64,000 bases of DNA. It comes from Mobula hypostoma (lineage: Eukaryota). The stretch is taken from assembly GCF_963921235.1 (NCBI RefSeq), contig NC_086097.1, forward strand, positions 94,242,001 through 94,306,000, in the 5' to 3' direction. Every line of letters starts with the position of its first letter. Position 1 is the first letter of the stretch. The notes under the pieces were generated by a model. It did not search any database. It saw only the letters and a list, made by a program, of their open reading frames with translations, and had not been told where the DNA came from. Positions 1-11,795 of this stretch are shown piece by piece. Both the position numbers and the translations under genes were made by a program.

Positions 1-1020
1 CTGCATCTCCTCCACTTCCCAGACATCCACCCTCATCCCATCTTTCCGCCACCTTAACAGGGATAGAGTTCCTCTTGTTCTTACCTACCACCCCATGAGC
101 CTCTACATCCAACACTTCATTCTATCATTCTCTGCGACGTGCCATCTTCAATGGGATCCTACCATCAAACTTTTTTTTACCCTATCCCCCCCCCCCTCTA
201 CTTTCCACAGGGATTGGTCTCTCCATGATTCCCTGTGCATTTGTCCCACCCTACTGAATTCCCTCCTGGCTCTTATCCCTGGAAGTGGAGGAAGTGCTAC
301 ACCTGCCCGTTCACCTCCTCCCTCACCTCCATTCGGGGTCCCAAACAGTCCTTCCAGGTGGGGTCTATCTGTAGCCAGCGCTCCCGGTTTGGCCTCCTCT
401 ACATCGGTGAGACCCACATAGATGCGGGGGGGAGGCCGCTTTGTTAAGCACCTTCACAGTCCACAACAAGCAGGGTTTCCCGTTAGCCGACTGCTTTAAT
501 TCCAATTCCCATTCTGACATGTGGATCCATAGCTGCCTCTACTGCCATGATGAGCCACTCTCAGGCTGGACGAGGAACACCTCATATTCCACTTGGGTAA
601 TCTTGAACCTGAAGGCATGGTCATCGATTTGTCTAACTTCCAGAAATTTTTCTCCACTTCTCTTTTTTCTATTTTTCATTCTGGCTCCCCTCTCACCCCC
701 TCTCTCTCCTCACCTGCCTATCCCCTCCCTCTGGTGCTCCTCCTTCTTCACCTGCTCCCTTTGTCAACTCTCCTCTCCTATAAGATTCCCTCTTCTTCAG
801 ATCTTCACATTTCCCCACCTATCACCTCCCAATTTCTCACTTCATCCCCCTTCCCCTACCCACCTACCTTCCCCCTCACCTGGTTTTACCTATCACCCTC
901 TAACTTGTATCCTTCCCCTCCCTCCCTCCTTCTTATTCTCGTTTCTTCTTCCTTCCTTTTCTGTCCTGATGATGGTTCTCGGCCCAAAAGGTTGACTGTA
1001 GATTCCTTTTCATAGATGCT
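1..1020 (+). mobile_element. Penelope-like element 3' fragment (decayed RT C-terminus, GIY-YIG region, pyrimidine-rich tract, degenerate hammerhead)
   Basis: Homologous to the better-preserved copies at 5592-6282 and 39484-41731 (RVPLVLTYHP, LLYIGET, LYCHDE motifs). Degenerate core CTGATGA...AAAA-GTT-GAC near 963-997. Confidence 0.8.
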
Positions 1021-2489
1021 GTAGACTCAGGTTAAAACCATCTAGCCGATTCGTTAAAACCCTCCAGCCGATTCATATCTAGATAACCCACTGCTGTCAG
1101 ATCTGTACTACAAATTCATACTTAATTTCAACCCATCTGAATGTGTGCTGCTGCTGCTGCTGTATTCTGTCCACCAGAGTCATGATTCAGGGATCCTCCA
1201 CTGGGCCAACATCACACATTGAGCGGACATAGTAAAGAGACGTCGTAGGGACTCAAGTACCAACGCAAATGTTTTGTAGCAGATCAGCTACGCTAATCAT
1301 TCATCAAATATTAAATATTAAAATGACATAAGTTTATGAACAGCATAGGCGAGAGTCAATTCACTTCTTAGAATGCTACTTGTGTGCTTTTGGTCTGTCA
1401 TTATATAAAAAAAGCACAAGCTTGCTCCTTTGGGTAGGAGGATCTTTTCGTTTAGTCTTTTTTTTTCATGTCTCTACGATGCTCAAGGGTGTTGGTATGC
1501 CTGGTGCTGCTTATCAGATGCAAACTCTGACCCAAAGTTTCTAATCTAAAAGATTGTTCAATAGAGTCAGCATTCTCTGATGGTTTGGAACAAAACAATT
1601 TTAGGTAAATAAGAATCACAAGAAACTACAGTGTGCCAAACTCAAAGTGGCTGAACTGTAAACCAGAAATGAGAAGTTGAATCCCACGAGAGCAGCAAGG
1701 GTAACAAAATAAATCTGTAATTAGAAAGCTTGTATCAATGATAGCAACCATTAAACCATTGCATTGTTGTAAAAACCCATCTCATTCACTCCTTTAGCTA
1801 AGGGAATCTGCTATCGCCATTGGCCTATTTGTGACGCTAGAATCTCTCAACTACCTCCACATGGGGCTGGATAACATATTTTGGAATTACCAGTGATATC
1901 CAATGGAATTTAAAATGGTCTATCTTTAAAGCTATGTGATTTCTCACTTTACTCTCCCATTTAACAGTGCATCAGTAATTCACTGCTAGCTTAGCTTGTT
2001 GGCTTTTAATCTTGCTTTTTTTTTCCTTTTCTCTCTGGGAGTGGAGGCCATTCTGAGCCTGACCTGCTGGTCGTGTCTTCCTGCTCCATTTAACCCCACA
2101 ATCCACCACACATACTATCGACTATGTTGCCAGGTCTCAACTTGAAACGCCAACCATCTCTCTACCCATACTGAAGCTGTTTCACCTGCTTTACAGTTTT
2201 GCTAGATTCCAGCACCTACGTTCTCTTGTGCTTCCATTCTTTTGTATAATTGACTCATTGATCCAACTGACTTACATTCACTCATGGAAAAGACAAGCTT
2301 GTCACAGCTTGTCCCCATGGTCACCCTGGTTTTACATATCAGAGGCATCTCTACTTCCCTACCCTCCTTAACAAGCTTCTTCACTCTTCTTCCCAGATCT
2401 GAAGAAGGGTCTTTGACTGGAGACATTAAATCTATTTCTCTACCAACAGATGTGTCCTGACCTGCTGGATACTTTCAGCACCTTAATAC

Positions 2490-4545
2490 TCCGGGATTCT
2501 GTTGTTTTAGACGTGACAGAGTGAGAGGAGGGGTGGTGTATCTAGTCAGGAAAAATGTCACAGCAGTGCTCCGTCAGGACAGACTGGAGAACTTGTCTAG
2601 TGAGGTTTTACGGGTGGAACTGAGGAATAAGAAAGTTATGACCACATTAACCGGACTATATTACAGACCACCCAACAATCTGTGGAATTTAGAGGAACAA
2701 CTTTGTAGACAGGTCGCAGGGAATGCAATACTTGATCTGCTATTAGGGAATGAGACTAGGCAGGTGATAGAAGTTTGCATAGGGGAACATTTTGGATCTA
2801 GTGATCACAATGCCATTTGTTTCAAGATGATTGTGGAAAAGGATAGGTCTGGTCCACGGGTTGAGATTCTAAATTGGAGAAAGGCCAAATTTGATGGTAC
2901 CAGAAAGGATCTGGCAAGTGTAAATTGAGACGGGCTACTTTCTGTCAAAGCTGAACTTGGTAAGTGGGAGGCCTTCAAAAGATAAATTTTGAGAATACAA
3001 AGCTTCTATGTGTCTATCAGAATAAAAGGAAAGGATAATGATAGCTATATGGACAGGAGAGTGCAGGTCAGTGGGACTAGGTGAGAGTAAACGTTCGGCA
3101 CGGACTAGAAGGGCCGAGATGGCCTGTTTCCGTGCTGTAATTGTTATATGGTTGTAACAGGTGTAGGGAACCTTGGTTTTCAAGAGATTTGATGCCCTGG
3201 TAAAGAAAAAAAGAGGTGCATAGCAGGTATAGGCAGGTCGGAACAAATGAGATGCTTATGGAGTATAAGAAATACAAGAAAACACAGAAGAAAGAAATCA
3301 AGAAGGGCAAAAAGGAGGCATGAGGTTGCTCTAGGAGACAAGGTAAGAAAGAATCCTAAGGGTTTCTACAGATAGGTTAAGAGGTAAAGGATTGCAAGGG
3401 ATAAAATTGGTCTTCTAGAAGATCAGAGTGGTAATCCATGCATGATGGTTGGCATCCGTCTGTCTGGAAATTATAGGCTGGTAAGCCTGACTTCAGTAGT
3501 GGTTAAGTTATTGGAAGGTATTCTAAGTGACTGGATACATTAGCATTTGGATAGGCAGGAAATGGCGAGGGATAATCAACATGGCTTTGTGCATGGTAAG
3601 TCGTGTTTGCCCAATCTTATAGAGTTTTTTCAAAGAAGTTACCAGAAATGTGGATGCTGTCTACATGAACTTTAGCAAAGCCTTTGGCAAGGTCTGCATG
3701 GGAAGTTGGTCAAGAAGGTTCAGTCACTCAGCATTCAAGATGAGGTAGTAAATTGGATTAGACATTGGCTTTGTGGGAGAAGCCAGAGAGTGGTAGTAGA
3801 TGGTTGCCTCTCTGACTGTATACCCGTGACTAGTGGAGTGGCTAGTGGAATGGTTTTGGGTCCATTGTTGTTTGTCATCTATATCAACGAACTGGATAAT
3901 AATATGGTTAACTGGATCAGCAAATTTGCAAATGGCACCAAGTTTGGGGATGTAGTGGAATGCGAGGAAGACTCTCAAAGCCAGCAGCAGGATCAGGACC
4001 AGCTGGTATGGAATTTAATGCAGAGAAGTGTGAGATGTTGCACTTTGGGAGGACCAACCAGGGTAGGCCTTACACAGTGAGAGGTAGGACACTGAGAAAT
4101 GCGATAGAACAAGGTGTTCTGAGAATACCGGTCCATAATTCATTGGAAGTTGTGTCACGGGTATATAGAGTCATAAAGAAAGATTTTGGCCAATAGACTT
4201 CATAGATCAAAGTATTGAGTACAGGAGATGGGATGTTATATTGAGGTGTATAAAACACTGGTGAGGCCTAATTGGAGTATTATGTGCAGATTTGGTCACC
4301 CACCTACAGGAACGATGTTAATAAGGTTGAAAGAGTACAGAGAAAATTTACGTGGATGTTGCCGGGATTGGAGGACCTGAATTACAAGGAAAGATTGAAT
4401 AGGTTAGAACTTTATTCCCTAAAATGCAGAAGATTGTGGGGAGATGCAGGTTGATGGGAATAGGCAGATTAAATGGGTTGGCACAGACTAGATGAGCTGA
4501 ATGGCCTGTTTCTGTGCTGTAGTTTTCGATGTCTCTATGACTCTT
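2490..4545 (+). mobile_element. CR1-type LINE, decayed ORF2 (APE C-terminal part, RT, 3' tail), with a nested short 3' end of another CR1 at about 3045-3155
   Basis: ORF fragments GLYYRPPN, LDLLLGN, GSSDHNAI, VLGPLLFVIYINELD, KFA(D/N), EYYVQIWSP, typical of CR1 ORF2. Many stops and frameshifts. Confidence 0.85.
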
Positions 4546-5591
4546 GTGCTTTTCTTTGAGTTTTCTAGCACCTGCAATTTTGTTTTTGATTTACCACTGC
4601 ACTGGGAGTGTCAGCCTGCGTGTTTGCTCAAGCTTCTGACTCAAGGAGGAAAGCAGGAGCCCGGGCTTGGTAAAGATTGCCCTAGAAAATTTAGGAACTG
4701 AAGATTAGCATGCAGGCTTCACTAAGGATATATTGTGTGTGTCAGAAAGGGTTTAACCATTCATTTGCTTTTATTTTTGCAATATTTTCATTTACTGGTT
4801 GAATGTGTGTGTAGAAAGTGACTTGATTGACATTCAGGGTTCATCCTGTGGAAAGGTGGTACACCAGCACCATGGAGCCGTAGTTGGGCTGGGGCAGTAT
4901 GAGGCACCAAAGAACCTCCAGGAATCTGCCCACCCCAAGGACAACTGCTCAGATGAGATTTGATCATCAACACTTCCAACAGGAAGCTGCATATGTTGTC
5001 ATGTCTCTGATTCAAACGACCTCGTTGCCTCGGAAACTGGTATAAGATAAACAGGGTCAATGAGCAACAAACTCTTACTTTGATGATGGGCCCAGAGACG
5101 CTGGTGACATCTCCTTATGGCCATTCCCAAACTGTTGCCCAGGTTCCAGCTTTGTTACTCTCATGTGTGTTTATCTGTGGATGCACCAAGGTTACACATT
5201 AGCAGCATGCTAGTGGTTGAATTTCACTGGAGTTGTACTGCATTATAATTAACAACACATTTCACCATGATTACTAGCACAATGCCACTTTAATTGGTAG
5301 AGTGTTCCATTACAACTTTATAATTCCACTACAGTTTTAAATTCCAATTATAGCTCGGATTGTATTCCGCTATAAATAACTGTTAGTATAATATATTTAA
5401 CAGTGCAAAACTACAATTTACATTAGCTGCGATGAGTCTTACATTCCAATAATTCAGTAGTGATTATACTTCACATGTATTTCAATGGTAATGCTTCATT
5501 AGGGGACCAGGAGCTTGCAAAAGCTTTCTTTGCCCTCTCCAAAGCTTTTGGACATATTTTCACCGCTGGTTTCCACAATATTCTATTTAAA

Positions 5592-6282
5592 GGTGAGGCA
5601 ACACTTCACTTGTGAGTCTGTTGGGGTCATCTATTGCATCCGGTGCTCCCGGTGCGGCCTCCTCTACATCGGTGAAACCCGACACAGATTGGGGGACCGC
5701 TTCGTCGAGCACCTCCACTCCGTCCGCCAAAACAGACAGGATCTCCCAGTAGCCACCCACTTCAACTCTGCTCCCCTCTCCCATTCAGACATGTCCATAC
5801 ATGGCCCCCTCTACTGCCATGATGAGGCTAAACTCAGGTTGGAGGAGCAACACCTCATATACCATCTAGGTAGTCTCCAGCCCCTTGGTATGAACATAGA
5901 ATTTTCCAACTTCCGGTAATTCCCTCCCCCTCCCTTCCTCTATCCCTATTTCACTCTGCCCCCTCCCCCAGCTGCCCATCACCTCCTTCATGGTTCTGCC
6001 TCCTTCTACTACCCATTGTGTTTTCCCCAATTCTTTCTTCACCTATCCTGCCTATCACCTCCCTGTCTCTCTTCCCCCACCCCTTTATATCTTTCCCCTT
6101 ACGGGTTTTTCACCTGGAACCTACCAGCCTTCTCCTTCCCATCCTCCCCCCACCTTCTTTATAGGGCCTCTGCCCCTTCCCTCTTCAGTCCCGATGAAGG
6201 GTTCCAGCCCGAAACGTCGACTGATCTTTTCCATGGATGCTGTCCGACCTGCTGAGTTCCTCCAGCGTGTTGTGAGTGTTGT
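5592..6282 (+). mobile_element. 5'-truncated Penelope-like element (GIY-YIG endonuclease end, 3' region with hammerhead motif)
   Basis: ORF GVIYCIRCSRCGLLYIGETRHRLGDRFVEH...GMNIEFSNFR. Flanked by direct repeat TTCTATTTAAA (5581-5591 and 6283-6293). Confidence 0.9.
6186..6223 (+). ncRNA. Minimal type I hammerhead ribozyme motif with variant core CCGAUGA
   Basis: CAGTC-CCGATGA-AGGG-TTCCAG-CCC-GAAA-C-GTC-GACTG. Stem I CAGTC/GACTG, stem II GGG/CCC, GUC triplet. Confidence 0.7.
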
Positions 6283-6494
6283 TTCTATTTAAATCCTTCC
6301 TATCACTGCACTTAAAGTGATTCTGAATGAATCATAAATAATATCCACTACATGACTGAGGTGAACCATTCTTGCTCAGCTTCTTCAGTGACATGTTCTT
6401 CTTCACCACCCTCTCTCAGTATCTTCGTCCACACCTCCCTTCCTGCAAGACATGTGCTGCCACCTCATGGTAACGCAACAGTTATAACTCCTAT

Positions 6495-7112
6495 AGATGT
6501 GTGATGGAGAGTATATTGACTGGCCACATGACAGCCTGCTATGGAAACACCAATGCCCTCGAACGGAAAGTCCTGCAAAGAGCAGTGCACTCGGCCCAGT
6601 CCATTTTGGGTAAAACCCTCCCCACCATTGAGCACAACTACATGGTGTTATCACAGGAAAGCAGTATCCATCACCAGGGAGCTCTCCCCTCCCCCCCCCC
6701 CACCTAGGCCACGCCCTCTTCACTGCTGCCATCAGAAAGAAGGTACAGCAGCCTCAGGTCTCACACCACCAGGTTCAGGAACAATTATTACCCCTCAACC
6801 ATCAGGCTCATGAACCAGAGGGGATAACTTCACTTGCCCCATCACTAGACTGTTCCCACAACCAATAGACTCACAAAGACTCTTCATCTCCTGTTCTCAA
6901 TATTTATATCTTATTATTATTTCTTGCTTTTTGTATTTTCAGTTTGTTCTTTTCTGCAGACTGGTTGAACACCCAAGTTGATACAGTCTTTCATTGATTG
7001 TTATGGTTATAGGTCCATCATGGATTTATTGAGTATGCCCACAAGAAAATGAATCTCAGGGTTGTATATAGTGACATATATGTACTCTAATAAAAAATTT
7101 ACTTTGAACTTT
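6495..7112 (+). mobile_element. Rex1/Babar-type LINE 3' fragment
   Basis: ESILTGHMTACYGN...RKVLQRAVHSAQSI motif and AATAAA...TTTGAACTTTG tail. Same family as 22190-23002 and 30210-30710. Confidence 0.75.
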
Positions 7113-8282
7113 GGGTATTTGCAGTTCAGCTGATGCTGTCAAGATGGAAGGTGGTTGTGACTAGCTTAGAAATAGCACATAATTCAACTTGCTAACATGA
7201 TAAAAAGTATTTTATTTAAGGCAAGGACACCTACTGGGTACTGCATAACAACATAGTGTCAGAACAATGTTTAGGGATGCTATATAAAGTAGTATGGATT
7301 TGCTGTTGGACAACAGGATGCATGGCAAGATTCAGAAAGTTTTGGATTCATTTCCTACAGAGACCCCATCTGTTTTGACTGGATCTACAGAGAAATAACT
7401 CTAGTCAGGTAGCTGATGGTAAATGTCCAGCCATTAACTGGGAATGGCAGAAATGAAAGAAAACCTGGGAATTCAAGGACGGAGCAGATAAAGCTGAAGC
7501 AAGCAACTTCTTCAATGGAAGAAGTTTCTCCTTATTGTTTTAACACCATGGAAACAAAAAATGCAGTTGCAGCTGTTTGGTCTACCAAGCAACCAGGCAA
7601 TATGAGATGCTGCTTGCTTTGTAGACCAAACAGCTGCAGGCTCTAAAAGCTTTTCAGGACGACTTCAGCTCTACAAGAATTGAAACAGGGCAAACTTAAG
7701 CATTTCAAGGAGAAATCATCGCGAGTGGGAAACATTTGACATATAATTGGCAGAACTAGTGCTGGTAGTGCAGATTGTAACCTTGCAACAGAGACCAGAG
7801 GGCTCACTGCTCTGCGACAAAGTTTGAGATGTAGGATTGAGGGAACATTTGTGAGGGAAACAGACTCCAGATTGAGAAGCAACTCAGATCCGCTCTAACT
7901 TGTTTACGAGAGCAAGAGGTTTGGAGAAGATGCCATCTCGCTGACTCTTCACTCAACCCTGGAACATCTGGACAGTAACGATGCATACATCAGGATGCTC
8001 TTTATCGACTACAGCTCAGCATTCAGTACTATCATCCCCTCAAAACTAACCAATAAGTTTCAAGACCTTGGCCTCTCTGTGCAACTGAATCCTCAATTTC
8101 CTCACTTGCAGACTCTAGACAGTTTGAATTGGCAACAACATCTCTTCTAGAATCTCCATCAGCACAGGTGATGCTGGATCCCAACCTTCGATTGACCCTC
8201 AGGCCTTGCTCTGGACCTCCGATTGGGCCATATCCACTACTTTTTCAAGGATTTTCCATTCAAGGGCATTGAAAAGGAGTTT

Positions 8283-8410
8283 CAAATCCCTTACTCACTC
8301 TTCCTTCAGTTAGTCCTGACGAAGGGTCTCGGCCTGAAACGTCGACTGCGCCTCTTCCTATAGATGCTGCCTGGCCTGCTGCGTTCACCAGCAACTTTGA
8401 TGTATGTTGC
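8283..8410 (+). mobile_element. Short Penelope-derived insertion carrying a hammerhead ribozyme
   Basis: 128 bp between 14-bp direct repeats TTGAAAAGGAGTTT (8269-8282 and 8411-8424). Nearly identical to one arm of the palindrome at 52595-52786. Confidence 0.85.
8311..8348 (+). ncRNA. Minimal type I hammerhead ribozyme, canonical core
   Basis: TAGTC-CTGACGA-AGG-GTCTCGG-CCT-GAAA-C-GTC-GACTG. Stem III is reduced to palindromic ACGT, as described for dimer-forming PLE hammerheads. Confidence 0.8.
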
Positions 8411-8561
8411 TTGAAAAGGAGTTTGTCTAAGTTTTAGGTGTCATGTTGAATCTTCACAAACTCCTAAAGAAGTATAGGCATTGCTGTACTTTCTTCATAA
8501 CTGCACTTATGTGCTGGGCCCAGGACAAGTCCTCTGATACGATAACACCAAGAAATTTAAA

Positions 8562-9087
8562 CCTGGAGGTCTGGATCGAGGCCTGGGGGTCAATCAAAGG
8601 TTCGGATTGAGGCCCAGGGTTCGATCACAAGTCCGCATTTAGGCTCGAACGCCGATCGGAGGTTGGGTTTGAGGCATGAGAGTCGATCAGAGGTCTTGTA
8701 GAGGCCTGAATGCCGATCGGAGGTTGGTTTTGAGGCATGAGAGTCGATCAGAGGTCTTGTAGAGAGGCCTGAATGCCAATCGGAGGTTGAGTTCAAGGCC
8801 TGAGGATCGATCGGAGGTCCATATCAAAGGCCAGTTGGAGGTCCGGATTGAAGCCCTTCGGCCAAGTGGGGGGTTGGGATTGAGACCCAAGGGTCAACTG
8901 GAGGTCTGGATCGAGGCCCAAAGGCCAATCAGAGGTTTGGATCACAATCTGAAGGCCAATTGGAGTCTGGATCAAGACCTGAATGTGGATCGGAAGTCTG
9001 GATTGAGGCCTGAGAGTCATTCAGAGGTCGAGATTGAAGCTCGAAGGAGTTCTGGATCGAAGTCCGACGGCGGATCTGTGGTCAGGA
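8562..9087 (+). repeat. 31-bp tandem satellite, left block
   Basis: Degenerate units of the type GAGGTCCGGATCGAGGCCCGAAGGTGGATCG. Same unit as 14712-20420. Confidence 0.9.
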
Positions 9088-9101
9088 TTATTGGAATCCA
9101 A

Positions 9102-9770
9102 TGTTTTTTTAAATTATTTTTATAAGATACTAGGTGAATTAATGCAAGATTAAAATCATAGTTTAATCATTTGTACTTTTTTTTAAAACAAACTCAAGTA
9201 TTTTTCACAATAAGTGACAGCTTGTCCCCACTTATTGGCAGAAAGTGGTAGAGCAGTTACATAATGGTTTATCAGCTTTCTTGGTTTTTGTTGGCTAAAT
9301 GTTAGCACTTTACCCACGTGATGTAATTGTGCGACCATTGATTGGTTTACTCTTGTTGAAGGGATTTCTCTATCTCAATTATAAAGGTGAGGCAGTTTTC
9401 AGAGACGCCACCTTTTTGCCTTTTCCATCTTTGCTTTTCATTGAATTCCCGCGTTGCTTCTCTGCTTTCACTTTGCTTGCTTCGTATTTGTATGTTTGTT
9501 TATACTTTAAAATAAACGATTGTTAAGAATTAAAACTCCTCACCATCCTTGTTACTGGAAGAATGAGAATGAGAACTAGATTTAATATCACTGGCATTAT
9601 GCTGTGAAATTTGTTAACTTTATGGCAGCAGTACATTGCAATACATGGGAATAGAGAGAAAAGGAAAACAGTGAGTTACAGTGAGTATATATTTATTAAC
9701 CAGGGCACTACGGCAGCAATGAGAAGAGGTCATGTCCCAAGGATTAGAAAAATAACAGAGATCCAGAAAG
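9102..9770 (+). promoter_or_regulatory. Putative 5' LTR of the ERV (approximate ends, interrupted by a small LINE tail at about 9560-9700)
   Basis: ATTGG box near 9341, TATAAA near 9380 and AATAAA near 9511 occur in U3-R order directly upstream of the PBS. No clean terminal CA found. Confidence 0.55.
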
Positions 9771-9771
9771 T

Positions 9772-9789
9772 TGGTGCCTGAACAGGGAC
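9772..9789 (+). promoter_or_regulatory. Primer-binding site complementary to tRNA-Lys(UUU) (Lys3 type)
   Basis: TGGTGCCTGAACAGGGAC versus the Lys3 PBS TGGCGCCCGAACAGGGAC: 16/18, both differences CpG>TpG. Confidence 0.85.
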
Positions 9790-10184
9790 GATTACTTGAA
9801 GAAAACCGAACAAAGTAAGGAAGTTTTAGGCTTACATCTGGGAGGTAGGACATCTCCCTCCTTTCCTTAATTGTCCGAGAATAAATATCTTTAGTACATC
9901 ATTTACAGGGAGTTTAAGTGTGAGGGCAGGCTGTATTTTATTTGTGGCGGATCCTAGTAAAATTTTCATGGTTGTGAAACCTAGGGGCTGGTATAAATTA
10001 TTGGACAAACCCAGAGAGTGATATAAGTGGTTGGACAAGAGGCCGATGTAAGTTCTAAAATATCGGACAAATAAGTTTGCTTCGTGGTTATAAATTAATA
10101 TTACAGTTGCAACGTGGTTATGAAATTTTTGATAATGGTGATGCCTAAAAGTGAAGATTAATCCTTAAGGTCAAATCTAGTACA

Positions 10185-11795
10185 ATGGTTAAAGATTTGA
10201 AGCAAACTGGCTTTCCAGCTGGGAGGGAACAATTAACTGAAATCTTCAGCACTTACTTAAGTGATGCATATAAACTTGATACCATTAATAAGGAGATATG
10301 GAAGAAATGTGCTACTGATGCTAAGTCTAGTGAGGATTGGCTTATAAGTGAATTTGAAATGATATATAATAAGATCAAAAAGATGTGTTTGGGAAGACAG
10401 CTTGGATGCTAGCGACTTTAACAGAGCTACACAAGCGTGAGTGTAATGAGCTGCGAGACCTGATAGATGCTTTAAAACATGAACGCGACGAATTAGAGAA
10501 TCAAACTTGTGGACCGCATCAGCAGGTCAATGACTTAACTAACCAACTGAGAGAAAAGGAAACAACATAGAGCATGCTAAAAGAGCAGTATAAAAAAGTC
10601 AAGAAGAAATCTAAGGAACAAATCTCCACGTTAACTAGTGGATGAAAGAACAGCAAGCAAAGTATGTCCTCTTTGCTCTGAGTTGCAAAGTGAAATGAGG
10701 CAAATATGCACTGCAGTGGTGGACAGTGCAGCCAACCCAGTGGGCCATGTTAATGGTGATGAAGCCAACACTGACTAGTCCCCAGAAACAGTAACACCAT
10801 GGGAATTCCAAGAATTGCAAAGGGATACTGACTCAACAGAGACCCCTAGTGGCTTTAGTGATGAAGACAGTAATGAGGCAACTGGTCTGGCAGCCATGGC
10901 AAATCTTGCCCCAGTATAAACCAAGTGAGTGAAAACCTGCAAGACTGATGATGGAGGTTATGAAAGAAGACAGGAGATTTATCATTAACCACCAGATCCA
11001 GAAAAACTGACAAATGTTCCAGGGAAGTTCCACATCCTAATAAAAGAAGCTTAAAGACTTGGGCCGAACTTCAATGAATTAAGAACGTACTGTATACAAA
11101 TTGCATCCATGTGATGGCATTCAGATTTTAGCTACCATGTTAATACCTCAGCAAATAAACCAGTTGACACAGCGAGTTGAGGATAATATGGGAGAGGACA
11201 AACAGAATTTACCATTTAGAAATTAAGAAATGGTTGGAATGATAATCCCCAACAGAGACTGATGCAAACAAAAAGGCTTCAGATGATGTTTCTGAATATG
11301 AAGACCATTATAAGATAGTTTGGATCCGCTACTCATGAGATCAAGCAATATCTGAAGATAATATAGAAGAATCCACAAATGGCTCTCTCAAGTCAACCTT
11401 AATGGATGGTTTGAAACCAGACGCTGGCACAACAGTGAAGTTAACAAAAGCAAATTGGAGTGAAACTACCATTTCCTCCAGTGACCTGGTACAAGCTACC
11501 AAACAAGTAGAGCAAGATATCGAAGTCTGAATAAGATCAGTACAGATGAGTTAACGGTAACTCACAGCAATCTCGGTCTGGGATGCAACCTCAAGGTGAT
11601 AAAATAATATGCACATTCTGTGGCAGAAGAGGACTTCAGGCTAGATCTTGTTGACATAAGAAGTCAACTTCACCACAAGCTCACCAGCAACCTCAACACC
11701 CTTCCTCACAGGGGACGGAGAATGTTGATCAAATGGTACAATTTGAAGCTACAATTACAGATGTAGTAGACTTGTTGTCAAAGTTGTAAAGATGA
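10185..11795 (+). pseudogene. ERV gag pseudogene (N-terminal coiled-coil-like region, C-terminal degenerate CCHC knuckle)
   Basis: Fragments such as ELHKRECNELRDLIDALKHERDELENQ. Knuckle CTFCGRRG(L)QARSC at 11610-11651, with His replaced by Leu. Ends at TGA 11793-11795. Confidence 0.65.

Larger units (their letters stand above)
7900..8560. mobile_element. Rearranged Rex1/Babar-type LINE RT fragment (+ strand 7900-8170, - strand 8231-8560)
   Basis: + strand reads DAISLTLHSTLEHLDSNDAYIRMLFIDYSSAFSTIIP. The downstream part (FKFLGVIVSEDLSWAQHI) is on the - strand. Confidence 0.7.

Noticed and set aside
4788..5150. Repeat-poor, moderately GC-rich stretch that might be an exon (for example of an upstream neighbour such as ARG2)
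   Set aside because: The frames checked did not resemble a protein I recognise, and no convincing splice-site pair was found.
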